Shown here one piece after another: positions 36,870 to 47,912 of a DNA stretch of 62,251 nt. The notes under the pieces were generated by a model that was not told the origin of the DNA, did not search any database, and saw only the letters and a list, made by a program, of their open reading frames with translations. The stretch is from Flavobacterium sp. (GTDB taxonomy: Bacteria > Bacteroidota > Bacteroidia > Flavobacteriales > Flavobacteriaceae), in NCBI RefSeq assembly GCF_049590715.1, contig NZ_JBAWDL010000158.1, forward strand, positions 1 to 62,251, in the 5' to 3' direction. How positions within the stretch are numbered: position 1 is the first letter of the stretch; each line of letters begins with the position of its first letter. Both the position numbers and the translations under genes were made by a program.

Positions 36870-38564
36870 ATGTCAGACGATAAAAAAGTAATTTTCTCAA
36901 TGTCTAAATTGAGTAAAACCTACCAAGGAGCAGATAAAGCCGTACTTAAAAACATCTATTTAAGTTTCTTTTATGGAGCTAAAATTGGAATTTTAGGACT
37001 TAATGGATCAGGAAAATCTTCACTTTTGAAGATCATTGCTGGTGTTGATAAAAACTATCAAGGAGATGTTGTTTTTGCGCCAGGATATACTGTGGGGTAT
37101 TTAGAACAAGAGCCTATTCTAGATGATAGTAAAACTGTAATTGAAATTGTTCGTGAAGGTGTTGCTGAAACGATGGAAGTTTTAGAAGAATACAACAAAA
37201 TCAATGATTTGTTTGGTCTTGAAGAAAACTATTCTGATCCAGACAAAATGGATAAATTGATGGATCGTCAAGCGTCTTTACAAGATAAAATAGATGCTTT
37301 AGGTGCATGGGAAATAGATACTAAACTAGAGATAGCAATGGACGCTTTGCGTACTCCTGATGGTGATACGCCTATCAAGAATCTTTCTGGTGGTGAGCGT
37401 CGTCGTGTGGCTTTGTGTCGTTTGTTATTAAAACAACCAGATGTATTGTTACTGGATGAACCTACGAATCACTTGGATGCAGAGTCTGTACTCTGGTTAG
37501 AGCAACATTTAGCACAATATGCAGGAACAGTAATCGCTGTAACGCACGATAGATATTTCTTGGATAACGTAGCTGGATGGATTTTAGAGTTGGATAGAGG
37601 AGAAGGTATTCCATGGAAAGGAAATTATTCGTCTTGGTTAGATCAAAAATCTAATCGTTTGGCTCAAGAAGAAAAAGTAGCTTCAAAACGTAGAAAAAAC
37701 TTAGAACGTGAGTTGGACTGGGTTCGTCAAGGTGCGAAAGGACGTCAAACAAAACAAAAAGCACGTTTACAGAACTACGATAAATTATTGAATGAAGACC
37801 AAAAAGAATTAGACGAAAAATTAGAAATCTATATTCCTAATGGACCTCGTTTAGGAACCAATGTGATTGATGCTAAAAACGTAGCGAAGGCTTTTGGGGA
37901 TAAATTATTATATGACAATTTGAACTTTACTTTGCCACAAGCTGGAATAGTTGGAATTATCGGACCCAATGGTGCTGGTAAATCCACTATTTTCAGAATG
38001 ATTATGGGAGAGCAAGAAACGGATAGTGGTGAATTTACTGTTGGTGAAACTGTAAAAATTGCTTATGTCGATCAAGCCCACTCCAATATAGATCCTAATA
38101 AATCGATTTGGGAAAACTTCTGTGATGGTCAAGAATTAATCATGATGGGGGGGCGCCAAGTGAATTCTAGAGCGTATTTAAGTCGTTTTAATTTTGGTGG
38201 AAGTGATCAAAATAAAAAAGTAGCAACACTTTCAGGTGGTGAACGTAACCGTTTGCACCTTGCCATGACGTTGAAAGAAGAAGGAAATGTATTATTGCTG
38301 GATGAGCCTACCAATGATTTGGACGTAAACACACTTCGTGCTTTAGAAGAAGGATTGGAGCAGTTTGCAGGTTGTGCAGTAGTAATCTCTCACGACAGAT
38401 GGTTCTTAGATAGGATATGTACACACATCCTTGCTTTTGAAGGAGAATCTGAAGTGTATTTCTTTGAAGGTGGTTTCTCTGAATATGAAGAAAACAAAAA
38501 GAAACGTTTAGGAGGAGATTTAACTCCAAAACGATTGAAATACAAAAAACTAATCAGGGGTTAA
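36870..38564 (+). CDS. ettA: Energy-dependent translational throttle protein (ABC-F)
   Basis: Two ABC domains (GLNGSGKS, GPNGAGKS, LSGGE twice); linker ELDWVRQGAKGRQTKQKARL. Confidence 0.95.
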   Translation: MSDDKKVIFSMSKLSKTYQGADKAVLKNIYLSFFYGAKIGILGLNGSGKSSLLKIIAGVDKNYQGDVVFAPGYTVGYLEQEPILDDSKTVIEIVREGVAETMEVLEEYNKINDLFGLEENYSDPDKMDKLMDRQASLQDKIDALGAWEIDTKLEIAMDALRTPDGDTPIKNLSGGERRRVALCRLLLKQPDVLLLDEPTNHLDAESVLWLEQHLAQYAGTVIAVTHDRYFLDNVAGWILELDRGEGIPWKGNYSSWLDQKSNRLAQEEKVASKRRKNLERELDWVRQGAKGRQTKQKARLQNYDKLLNEDQKELDEKLEIYIPNGPRLGTNVIDAKNVAKAFGDKLLYDNLNFTLPQAGIVGIIGPNGAGKSTIFRMIMGEQETDSGEFTVGETVKIAYVDQAHSNIDPNKSIWENFCDGQELIMMGGRQVNSRAYLSRFNFGGSDQNKKVATLSGGERNRLHLAMTLKEEGNVLLLDEPTNDLDVNTLRALEEGLEQFAGCAVVISHDRWFLDRICTHILAFEGESEVYFFEGGFSEYEENKKKRLGGDLTPKRLKYKKLIRG

Positions 38565-38585
38565 TTTCTGAATGATTTATATTTT

Positions 38586-38618
38586 AAAAAGGATATCTAA
38601 TACGGATATCCTTTTTTT
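38586..38618 (+). terminator. Terminator after ettA
   Basis: AAAAAGGATATC/GATATCCTTTTT stem with T-tract. Confidence 0.85.
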
Positions 38619-38746
38619 ATTGCTTCTTATTATCATTATTCATCATTTTGATTTTTAGAAACTTTTTTTTTTTACAGATATCTCTACAATTTTGTTAATT
38701 ATCTTATATATGTAAACCATAATAGTTTATTTTAGCTTAAAATTAA

Positions 38747-41377
38747 TTGAATTTTATGGTGTTAAAATTACTTTTCAGCAAAAAAATATTTTTGCTAATT
38801 CTGATCTTATTCTACTTTACCACGAACATTCATGCTCAATGCGCAGGTGAAGATAATGCTATTACAGTTTGTAATATTACTGATATAAGTAGCCAAAGTA
38901 TTAATCTTTTTAATGAATTAAAAGGAACTCCAATTGCAGGAGGTACGTGGACTGATAATAAATTCTCAGGAGGGTTGGAGACTAATGGTAGTTTAAATGT
39001 TCAACTTATAAAAAATAGTGGTATTTATACCTATACCTACACAAGTAATCAAGGTTGTGGCATTAATACTGCTACAATTTCAGTTACCGTGGGTGGCTAC
39101 TCAGGAGTATCAAGTCCTGACATTTCTGCTTGTGATGATAATTCTAATTTTAATTTATTTCAAGGGTTTAATGGTAATTTTTTGAGCCCACAATCTAATG
39201 GTAATTGGACTGATGACGATGGTAAAGGAGGATTATTTGGTAGTGTTTTAAATGCAAGTGTACCAGGTTTAGGCAAGCATTCCTATACGTATACGATGCC
39301 TGCGATAGGAACTTGTCCCGCACAATCTTCCACTGTAAACGTAACAATTTTTAGAGCTCCAAAACCTGGTATTGGAGATTTTTTATTACTGTGTAGTTCA
39401 GATAACTTAGCATTATATTCTGATTTTGATTTAACAACTAAATTGACTGGTGCTGATCCAGAAGGAGAATGGAGTGAATCAGGAACAGCTGAATTATCGA
39501 ATGCTAAGGATAGCAAGATAAACGTTCAGAATATTTACAACAATTTTGGTGCTGGTACTTATAAATTCACTTATACTGTATTTCCAACGAATCCTATTTG
39601 TACTATTAAGAAAGCAATAGTTACCATTATTATCGAAGAACAACTTGATTTCACAGGTGCAAAACTAGAGGTAAACGCTGATATTTGTGAAAATAAAATC
39701 ACTACTGCAACTTATAATGCTGTTATTACTAAAGGAATTAAGAACGTTCCTGACGGTCATTATTCTGTTCAATATTCAATATTGAGTGCATCGGGGATAA
39801 CAAGCAATACTGTAGAATCTTATTTTACAAATGGAGTCCTTAGTTTTCCTATTGGATCTATTAACTTTCAACAAGTAGGTGATTATACTGTTACTATTAA
39901 TAACATTGCGAGTGTAACTAGTCTGGGAGCTTGTCCAACAAATGTTAGTATTCCAGATGTATTGCATATTTATCCATTACCGAAAATTGACTTAGCTACT
40001 TTAACAATTGATCCTGTATGTAAAGGAACAGAGGCATTAGTAACATTTTCAGGAACTTCAAATTTAGAGGATGGTAATTATAGTATTAACTACAATTTGT
40101 ATGGAAAAAATACAGCTACAAATCAACAAGTAGTTTTTACAATTACTGGAGGAATAGCTACATTCACTATTCCTTCAAGTATAATTTCTATCGATGGAAA
40201 TTCAACAATCACCATAACTCAAATTACTAATTTAACCACGGGCTGTACAAATTCATCCAATTTATCTAAAAATTTTATCGTTAAATCATTAACAGACCTT
40301 AGTACCTTAGCTATTGATATTACTAATGTTTGCGAAGGAAAGGCTTTGCCTGTAAAACTTTCAGGGCTTGGTCTCTTGACTAATATTACTTTAAATTATA
40401 GATTAACTGGTGCCAATACTATAACAAATCAAACGATTGTTTTAACAGTTGTGTCGGGAAATACTAGTTTTACAATACCACCTAGTAGTGTAATCAATTC
40501 AGGAAATACGTCTTTTATAATTGATGATATAATTGATAATACAGGTGGATGTCGTACTTCGATTTCTAATGGGACTAAAAACTTCACTATTAATACCCTT
40601 CCTAGTATTCCAATTACAACTAATCCAAAATACTGTAAGAACGAGATGAAAACAGTTGGTGATTTAATTCCAAATGGCACTCAATATCAGTGGTTTAGTT
40701 CTGTTGTAAGTACCGTTGTTTTAAATGCAAGTACCTTATTAAGTACAGGATCTTATTTTGTTAAAGAAGTAAATTCCTTAACAGGGTGTGAATCTGGTAG
40801 AGCAGAATCTCAAGTAGAGATCAAAGAATTAGCCATGCCAACATTAAATACTGATGGTCAAAATTTTTGTGGATTAAACAAACCTACCATTTTAGATTTG
40901 ACCGCAAATACCATAAATAACGGAGACTTGAAATGGTATGATGCAGCTATCCATGGTAATGAAATAAGTTCTACCACTGAATTAATTGACGGAGGTACTT
41001 ATTATGGAATTGATTTTTCATCCACTATAAACTGTTTTTCAGATGCACTCGTGGTTACTGTATCATTATCTAATTGTAATGAAACTCCTGAGTTTTTTAT
41101 TCCAGATGGATTTTCGCCTAATGGAGATACAGTAAATAATACTTTTAGAATTCCAAATATTGAGTATATCTATCCTAATTTTACTTTTGAAATTTTTAAT
41201 AGATATGGAAATAGTATGTTTCATGGAAATAAACAAAAACCAGAATGGGACGGAAAAACTTCTGATGCTAGTTTAGCAATCGATGGGTATGCTCCTAATG
41301 GGGTTTATTTTTATGTTATTAATTTCAATAAAGGGAATAAAATGCCCAAACAAGGGCGTTTGTACTTAAATAGATAA
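38747..41377 (+). CDS. T9SS type B CTD (gliding motility-associated C-terminal domain) surface protein; exact start uncertain
   Basis: C-terminal IPDGFSPNGDTVN, IFNRYG, WDG, GVYFY, GRLYLNR; Cys-containing Thr-rich repeats. Confidence 0.92.
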   Translation: MNFMVLKLLFSKKIFLLILILFYFTTNIHAQCAGEDNAITVCNITDISSQSINLFNELKGTPIAGGTWTDNKFSGGLETNGSLNVQLIKNSGIYTYTYTSNQGCGINTATISVTVGGYSGVSSPDISACDDNSNFNLFQGFNGNFLSPQSNGNWTDDDGKGGLFGSVLNASVPGLGKHSYTYTMPAIGTCPAQSSTVNVTIFRAPKPGIGDFLLLCSSDNLALYSDFDLTTKLTGADPEGEWSESGTAELSNAKDSKINVQNIYNNFGAGTYKFTYTVFPTNPICTIKKAIVTIIIEEQLDFTGAKLEVNADICENKITTATYNAVITKGIKNVPDGHYSVQYSILSASGITSNTVESYFTNGVLSFPIGSINFQQVGDYTVTINNIASVTSLGACPTNVSIPDVLHIYPLPKIDLATLTIDPVCKGTEALVTFSGTSNLEDGNYSINYNLYGKNTATNQQVVFTITGGIATFTIPSSIISIDGNSTITITQITNLTTGCTNSSNLSKNFIVKSLTDLSTLAIDITNVCEGKALPVKLSGLGLLTNITLNYRLTGANTITNQTIVLTVVSGNTSFTIPPSSVINSGNTSFIIDDIIDNTGGCRTSISNGTKNFTINTLPSIPITTNPKYCKNEMKTVGDLIPNGTQYQWFSSVVSTVVLNASTLLSTGSYFVKEVNSLTGCESGRAESQVEIKELAMPTLNTDGQNFCGLNKPTILDLTANTINNGDLKWYDAAIHGNEISSTTELIDGGTYYGIDFSSTINCFSDALVVTVSLSNCNETPEFFIPDGFSPNGDTVNNTFRIPNIEYIYPNFTFEIFNRYGNSMFHGNKQKPEWDGKTSDASLAIDGYAPNGVYFYVINFNKGNKMPKQGRLYLNR

Positions 41378-41407
41378 TCCCTTTATTCTCATAATCCTCA
41401 AATTCAA

Positions 41408-42334
41408 ATGAAAAAAACAATACTAGTAGTAGTTTTTTTATTTTATATAATAACTATTTCAGCCCAACAAGATCCTCAATATACGCAATACATGTATAAT
41501 ATGAATGTAGTTAATCCTGCTTATGCTACAGATACACGTTCCGTATTGGATATTGGAACACTCTACAGAACCCAGTGGGTAGGAGCAGTTGGAGCACCCA
41601 AAACTTTGACTGTGTTTGCACATCTACCTGTGAATAAAAAAATAGAAATGGGTTTCTCCATGATATCAGATGATATTGGTGATGGTGCCAAAAAAGAGAA
41701 TAATTTTTATGCTGATTTTGCTTATGTGCTTCAACTGGATGAAAAACATAAACTTTCTTTAGGTTTAAAAGCGGGAGCGACTTCTATACAAACTAATTTT
41801 AATGGTTTTAAATTTGAAAGTAGCACTCCTGATTTAGCTTTTGAGAGTACTAATTTCGTGAAACCTAATGTTGGAATTGGAGCGTATTATTTTACGGATA
41901 CCTATTATATAGGACTGTCTGCGCCCAATTTATTGAATTCTAAACATATTATAAATAATTCAGGAATTAGTGGTTACGGATCTGAAAGTATTCATGCTTT
42001 TTTGACAGCAGGATATGTATTTGAATTGTCAGATTCGTTTAAATTAAAACCAGCTTTCCTTACCAAATTTGTAGATGGAGCACCTTTAAATTTAGATGTT
42101 TCAGCAAATGTTTTGTACCAAGATCAATTTGAACTAGGTGCGGCTTATCGTATTGGTGACGCTATAAGCGCTTTGATGAATGTAAGAGTGTCTCCTGTTA
42201 TCAAAGTAGGTTACGCTTATGATTATACTTTATCAAACTTAGGGAAATATAGTTCAGGTTCTCATGAATTGTTCCTTTTGTTCAATTTAGATGTATTAGG
42301 AAAAAGATTCGATAAATCACCAAGATTTTTCTAA
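41408..42334 (+). CDS. T9SS PorP/SprF-family membrane protein
   Basis: QQDPQYTQYMYN, NPAYA, YRTQWVG, GYAYD, GSHE, SPRFF. Confidence 0.93.
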   Translation: MKKTILVVVFLFYIITISAQQDPQYTQYMYNMNVVNPAYATDTRSVLDIGTLYRTQWVGAVGAPKTLTVFAHLPVNKKIEMGFSMISDDIGDGAKKENNFYADFAYVLQLDEKHKLSLGLKAGATSIQTNFNGFKFESSTPDLAFESTNFVKPNVGIGAYYFTDTYYIGLSAPNLLNSKHIINNSGISGYGSESIHAFLTAGYVFELSDSFKLKPAFLTKFVDGAPLNLDVSANVLYQDQFELGAAYRIGDAISALMNVRVSPVIKVGYAYDYTLSNLGKYSSGSHELFLLFNLDVLGKRFDKSPRFF

Positions 42335-42344
42335 ATAAAAAAAA

Positions 42345-44459
42345 ATGAAAAAAATATACCTATTTATACTTGTGTTGTCATTGCAGTTTGTTCATGCACA
42401 AGCCCCAGATTTATTAAGAGCACAACGATTTTTTGATCGTACATTTTATAGTGAAGCGATTCCTATCTATGAATTGGCAATGCAAAAAAAACCTAGTTTT
42501 ACAATTGCTAAAAACTTAGCAGATAGTTATTATTTTACCCATGAATATGTAAAAGCACAATATCCTTACCAATGGTTGTTTGCCAATTATAAAAAGGACA
42601 TGACCGAAGAGTATTACTTTAGATACATGCAAACTTTAAAAGTAACTGGTGATTTGAAAAAAGCCAATGCAGTTACACTCGACTTTTTGACAAACTCAGC
42701 CACTCCTCAAGCTATTGCTGATTTTCAAAAAGAATTAAAAACCCTGGAAAATGTAGTTGCTATTGGTAGTCGTTTTGAGATAAAAAATTTAGCAATTAAT
42801 ACACCTAAATCTGAATTTTCAGCTGTTCAATTGGGGCAAAATCTAATTTATTCAGGAGTAAAAACTAAATCTTCTCTTTTTGATAAAGTATATAAATGGA
42901 ATGACGAATTGTATTTGGATTTATTACAATTGCCAGTAAAAAATAAAATGGTTAAGGATTCGGTTGGTATTTCTTTTTCAAAAGAATTGAATACTTCTGT
43001 TCACGAGTCTAATGCTGTGTTTACTAAAGATGGAAAAACAGTTTACTTTACAAGAAACAATTCTAAAAAAGGAAGACATACAGCAAGTAAATTTTCAACC
43101 TTACAAATTTTGAAAGCAGAATTCAAAGACGGAAAATGGACAAATATTGTTGTTTTACCTTTCAATAGTGATACTTATTCCGTTGAACATCCTGCTTTAA
43201 GTTATGACGAAAAAACATTGTATTTTGCATCTGATATGCCTGGTTCATTAGGATCATTTGATTTGTTTTCTGTTGATATTATAGGAGGGAATTATAGTGC
43301 TCCTAAAAATTTAGGGACTCAAATTAATACAATAAGAAAAGAGCAATTTCCATTTGTTTCTAAAGATAATACACTTTATTTTTCATCAGATGGTCATATG
43401 GGGTTTGGCGCTATGGATATTTTTGTTTCTAAAATTCAAGGAGACACCTTTTCAACTCCTTTAAATGTAGGGCTTCCCGTTAACTCTCCTTTTGATGATT
43501 TTGCTTTTTGGATGGAAAATGAAACTACACATGGATATTTTGCTTCGAATAGACCTGGAGGAAGAGGAGGAGATGATATATATGAATTTAATGAAATGAA
43601 GCCTTTAATTGTTGAAGATTGTAAACAATTTATAGCTGGAACTATAATTGATGTGGATACAAAATTGCCTTTGGAAAATGCAACAGTAATTTTATTAAAT
43701 AAAGAAAAAATCGAATTAGAAAAAATCCAGACTTTAACTGATGGTATGTTTAGTTTTACGGTTACTTGTGAGACGACGTTTTCAGTTCTTGCATCTAAAG
43801 AAGGTTTTACTAATGATTCTAAAACGATTCAAACCAATGAAATACGTTTTAAAAAGAACGATGGTTCGATGGCTTTAAAATCATTGGAAACCATAAAAAT
43901 GGAAGAAGAGCAAGCACTAGCTTTACAAAAAGAAAAAGATGACGCTGCTGAATTGTTTAAAAAAACAGAAGCATTAGCTCTTGCTGATAAAGAGAAAAAA
44001 AATAAAATTGCTGCTGAAGAAAAAGCTGTTGAAACTGCAAAAGCTAAGAAAAAAGAAAAACTTGCTTCTATCATCTCCTTAGAAAAAGATGTGGTTAAAG
44101 AAAAAGATAAACTGGTTATTAAGACTGATCCCATTTATTTTGATTACAATTTATGGTACATCCGTAAAGATTCTAAAATTATTTTGAATCGGGTAGTGGA
44201 GTTGATGAAGAAATATCCTGAAATGGTGGTTGAAATAGGTTCGCATACAGATTCCCGTGGAAACGATAGGTATAATAAAAACCTTTCTGCAAATAGAGCC
44301 CAATCAACAGGTGAATATGTAATAAGTCAAGGGATACAAAAAAATAGAATTATGACAAAAGGATATGGTGCTACAGTGCCAGCCGTAAAATGCAATCCTT
44401 GTTCAGAGGAACAACATGAGCTCAATAGACGAAGTGAATTTGTAATTAAGAATTTATAG
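42345..44459 (+). CDS. PorE-like protein: TPR, PD40 propeller, carboxypeptidase-regulatory-like and OmpA domains
   Basis: LYFASDMPG, YFSSDGH, GYFASNR; IYFDYN, SHTDSRG, NRRSEF. Confidence 0.9.
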   Translation: MKKIYLFILVLSLQFVHAQAPDLLRAQRFFDRTFYSEAIPIYELAMQKKPSFTIAKNLADSYYFTHEYVKAQYPYQWLFANYKKDMTEEYYFRYMQTLKVTGDLKKANAVTLDFLTNSATPQAIADFQKELKTLENVVAIGSRFEIKNLAINTPKSEFSAVQLGQNLIYSGVKTKSSLFDKVYKWNDELYLDLLQLPVKNKMVKDSVGISFSKELNTSVHESNAVFTKDGKTVYFTRNNSKKGRHTASKFSTLQILKAEFKDGKWTNIVVLPFNSDTYSVEHPALSYDEKTLYFASDMPGSLGSFDLFSVDIIGGNYSAPKNLGTQINTIRKEQFPFVSKDNTLYFSSDGHMGFGAMDIFVSKIQGDTFSTPLNVGLPVNSPFDDFAFWMENETTHGYFASNRPGGRGGDDIYEFNEMKPLIVEDCKQFIAGTIIDVDTKLPLENATVILLNKEKIELEKIQTLTDGMFSFTVTCETTFSVLASKEGFTNDSKTIQTNEIRFKKNDGSMALKSLETIKMEEEQALALQKEKDDAAELFKKTEALALADKEKKNKIAAEEKAVETAKAKKKEKLASIISLEKDVVKEKDKLVIKTDPIYFDYNLWYIRKDSKIILNRVVELMKKYPEMVVEIGSHTDSRGNDRYNKNLSANRAQSTGEYVISQGIQKNRIMTKGYGATVPAVKCNPCSEEQHELNRRSEFVIKNL

Positions 44460-44484
44460 TATAATTTAGGGGGCTTCCCAAAAA

Positions 44485-44520
44485 AAAAGCCAATTCTATA
44501 ATTTTTTAGAATTGGCTTTT
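44485..44520. terminator. Bidirectional terminator
   Basis: AAAAGCCAATTCTA/TAGAATTGGCTTTT between convergent genes. Confidence 0.85.
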
Positions 44521-44539
44521 AGTTTAGAAAACAATATTT

Positions 44540-46960
44540 TTATCTCAAACTAGCTCCTAGCTCAGTTTCAAAATTTGCTTGTAATTTACTCATTAATTTA
44601 TCAATTTGAACATCAGTAAGTGTTTTGGTATTATCTTGAATGGTAAAACTCAAAGCATATGATTTTTTTCCTTCAGGGAGTTTTTCACCTTCATAAACGT
44701 CAAAAAGATTGATGTTTTTTAATAACGCTTTTTCTGTTTTCTTAGCTACTGCATAAATAGCATCGTAAGTCACTTCTTGATCAATTAGTAATGCTAAATC
44801 TCTACGAACTTCAGGATATTTTGGAATATCTGTAAATTTGATTTTAAGTGAAATAGCTTTTAAAATGGCATCCCAATTGAAATCAGCGTAGAAAACTTCT
44901 TGTTTAATTCCAAAATGCTTTAAAACAGATTTCTTTACTACTCCAAATTCTACTAAAGCATTATGACCAGTACCAATAGCAACACCTTCTGAGAAAATAT
45001 CTGAGGTAACCGGTGAGTTTTGTGTTTTTTGAATTCCAAAACGTGCTAAGACAGCATCTACATATCCTTTGAATAAAAAGAAATTAGATGGCGTTTGAGC
45101 GTTACTCCAGCTTTCGCTATTGCGATTTCCCGTAAGGAATAATGTTAAATGTTTTTGTTCTTCAAACCCAGATAAAAATTTATGGTAGGATTTTCCAAAT
45201 TCAAACAATTTTAGATCACTGTTTTTACGGTTAATATTATATGAAATGGCTTCTAATCCAGAAAATAATAAAGACTGACGCATTGTGGCTAAATCATTAC
45301 TCAAAGGATTTAACATCGTTACATTATGTTCTTCTTTTAGATTTTCCGAAAGTTTTACATAATCGGCTGTTGTTAACGAGTTAGCCATCATTTCATGAAA
45401 ACCTTGAGAGTTCAGTTGTGAGGCTACTATATTTTGGATTTTATAATCTTCATTTCTTGGAGCGTTACATACTGTAGCATTTAGTTTTCCTGAAAAACCA
45501 ATGTTGTTGTATCCATAAACCCTTAAGATCTCTTCGATCACATCAATTTCTCTTTGTACATCCACGCGATAAGCAGGAATGGTGATTCCTAATCCTGCTT
45601 CAGAAACACTATTTACTTTGATGTCTAATGAAACTAAAATTTGTTTGATTGTATCTTTTGGGATTTCTTGACCAATAATTTTAGCTACATTTTTGAAGTT
45701 TACAAAAACGGTAAAATCTTCAATTTTCTTTTGGTATATATCACTTACTTCAGAAGTAATTTCACCACCCGCTACTTCCTTGATTAAAATTGCGGCACGT
45801 TTAAGTGCATAAGCCGTAATGGTTGGATCAATTCCTCTTTCAAAACGGAAAGAAGCATCGGTACTCAATTGATGTCTTTTGGCTGTTTTTCGAATGCTTA
45901 CAGGGTTAAAATAGGCACTTTCAATAAAAATATCTTTAGTTTGTTCTGTAACTCCTGATTTTAAACCACCCAAAACCCCTGCAATACACAACGGACCTTT
46001 TTCGTCACATATCATCAAATCTTCTTCGTGGAGAGTACGTTCTACATCATCAAGAGTTGTAAATTTAGTTCCTGCTGCAACTGTTTTTACAATGATTTTC
46101 CCGTTGATTTTTGAGGCATCAAAAGCATGTAAAGGTTGTCCTAAATCATGTAAAACATAATTTGTAACATCGACAATATTGTTTTTGGGTGTTATACCAA
46201 TTGCTTTTAATCGGTCTTTTAACCACGCTGGCGAAGGTTTTACAGTAATCCCTGAAATAGAAACACCACAATATCTTGGTGCCAAAGTAATATCTTCTAT
46301 TTTAGTATCGATTTTCAAAGTTCGCATATCGATTCTAAAGTTACTAATGGAAGGAGTGATTAATTCAACATTAATCCCTTTTTGAGTCAATCCTGCTCTA
46401 ATATCGCGTGCTGTTCCTAAATGACTCATTGCATCAGCACGGTTTGGAGTTAAACCTATTTCAAAAACTTCGTCATTTTCTATTTTGAATACTTGAGCTG
46501 CTGGAGTTCCAGGCGCTAGAGATTCGTCTAAGACCATTATTCCCTCGTGACCATTTCCTAAACCTAATTCATCTTCTGCACAAATCATTCCATGACTTTC
46601 TTGCCCACGGATTTTTCCTTTTTTTATTGCAAATGAATTTCCTTCTTTATCATATAAAATGGTTCCAATGGTGGCAACGGGTACTTTTTGACCTGCGGCA
46701 ACATTAGTAGCGCCACACACCACTTGTATTGGTGTACCATTTCCTAGGTCAACAGTAGTAACTTTTAATCGGTCAGCATCGGGATGAGGAACACAAGTCA
46801 ATACGTGTCCAACAACAATTCCTTCTAATCCACCTTTTACGGATTGGTATTTTTCTACACCCTCTACTTCAAGTCCCAAATCAGTTAGTAAATCGGACAT
46901 TTCTTCTGATTTCCAGTCTGTTTTAATGAATTGTTTAAGCCAATTGTAAGATATCTTCAT
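44540..46960 (-). CDS. pheT: Phenylalanine-tRNA ligase beta subunit
   Basis: HPDADRL, TPNRAD, RFERG, REIDVIEEILR, RRDLA. Confidence 0.97.
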   Translation of the reverse strand: MKISYNWLKQFIKTDWKSEEMSDLLTDLGLEVEGVEKYQSVKGGLEGIVVGHVLTCVPHPDADRLKVTTVDLGNGTPIQVVCGATNVAAGQKVPVATIGTILYDKEGNSFAIKKGKIRGQESHGMICAEDELGLGNGHEGIMVLDESLAPGTPAAQVFKIENDEVFEIGLTPNRADAMSHLGTARDIRAGLTQKGINVELITPSISNFRIDMRTLKIDTKIEDITLAPRYCGVSISGITVKPSPAWLKDRLKAIGITPKNNIVDVTNYVLHDLGQPLHAFDASKINGKIIVKTVAAGTKFTTLDDVERTLHEEDLMICDEKGPLCIAGVLGGLKSGVTEQTKDIFIESAYFNPVSIRKTAKRHQLSTDASFRFERGIDPTITAYALKRAAILIKEVAGGEITSEVSDIYQKKIEDFTVFVNFKNVAKIIGQEIPKDTIKQILVSLDIKVNSVSEAGLGITIPAYRVDVQREIDVIEEILRVYGYNNIGFSGKLNATVCNAPRNEDYKIQNIVASQLNSQGFHEMMANSLTTADYVKLSENLKEEHNVTMLNPLSNDLATMRQSLLFSGLEAISYNINRKNSDLKLFEFGKSYHKFLSGFEEQKHLTLFLTGNRNSESWSNAQTPSNFFLFKGYVDAVLARFGIQKTQNSPVTSDIFSEGVAIGTGHNALVEFGVVKKSVLKHFGIKQEVFYADFNWDAILKAISLKIKFTDIPKYPEVRRDLALLIDQEVTYDAIYAVAKKTEKALLKNINLFDVYEGEKLPEGKKSYALSFTIQDNTKTLTDVQIDKLMSKLQANFETELGASLR

Positions 46961-47147
46961 TTTGTGTTTTTTTCAAGGTTGCAAATATAAACATTGTCAA
47001 CGGAGGTTCAAAGGGAATAAACTCACTTTTTTGTTATAATCATTGGCAATTGATAATTTGCATACTATCAATTTTAAAGACTTTGTGAATTAATGCTTGA
47101 TGAATAAAAAAAGGATTGAATATGTTTATTCAATTAATTAGTTTTTT

Positions 47148-47876
47148 TTACAAATACAGGTTTGCCATTTTCCGCCAATAGCAGGCTTTATGGGCTTCTT
47201 CATCCCATTCGAATAATTGATATGGAATTTGTTTCTCATCTAAAATACCACACAGTTTGTGATTGCTTTGTAAGAACGGATCTTCTTTACCAATAGTCAA
47301 TACTATATCCATTTGTTTCAATTGATGAATTAAAGTTGGATCTTCAATATTTTTTAAATATTGATTAGGCATATTAAAGTATATAAAGTCATTATGGTAC
47401 CCGCTTAGTAAATCTTGAAAATAGCCATTTGATTTTGTAAGATCATAGCGTCCGCTCATTCCTACTACTTTGCAAAATAAATGAGGATGTCGCATGGCAA
47501 CATTTACAGCATGATAAGCGCCTAAACTACATCCTGCTGAAATTATATTTGGATTTGGATTAATTAAATTTGCTAATGTTAATACTTCTTCAAGAACATA
47601 TTTTTCATATTGAATGTGTCTATAAATTCGATGACCAGGATGACAAAAGCTATTGTAAAAAGATTCTAAATCTACACTATCTACGCAGTAAATTTGTAAA
47701 TCACCATTCGTAATTTTATGTTCTATTGCGGCAATGATGCTCCAGTTTTCATAATCGTAAAAACGCCCCATTCGTGGAGGAAAAAACACGACTTTGGTAC
47801 CTGCATGGCCAAATACAAGAAGCTCCATTTCTTTTTCAAGATTAGGACTATACCATTTGTGATATTCTCTTTTCAT
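47148..47876 (-). CDS. Alpha/beta-hydrolase esterase family protein
   Basis: GCSLG nucleophile motif; FGHAG; C-terminal AH..YW. Confidence 0.85.
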   Translation of the reverse strand: MKREYHKWYSPNLEKEMELLVFGHAGTKVVFFPPRMGRFYDYENWSIIAAIEHKITNGDLQIYCVDSVDLESFYNSFCHPGHRIYRHIQYEKYVLEEVLTLANLINPNPNIISAGCSLGAYHAVNVAMRHPHLFCKVVGMSGRYDLTKSNGYFQDLLSGYHNDFIYFNMPNQYLKNIEDPTLIHQLKQMDIVLTIGKEDPFLQSNHKLCGILDEKQIPYQLFEWDEEAHKACYWRKMANLYL

Positions 47877-47912
47877 GACACCTTGTTTAGAATGTGAATG
47901 AGTAACACTATA

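Noticed and set aside
44540..46960. pheT without adjacent pheS
   Set aside because: Common arrangement in Bacteroidetes, not unusual
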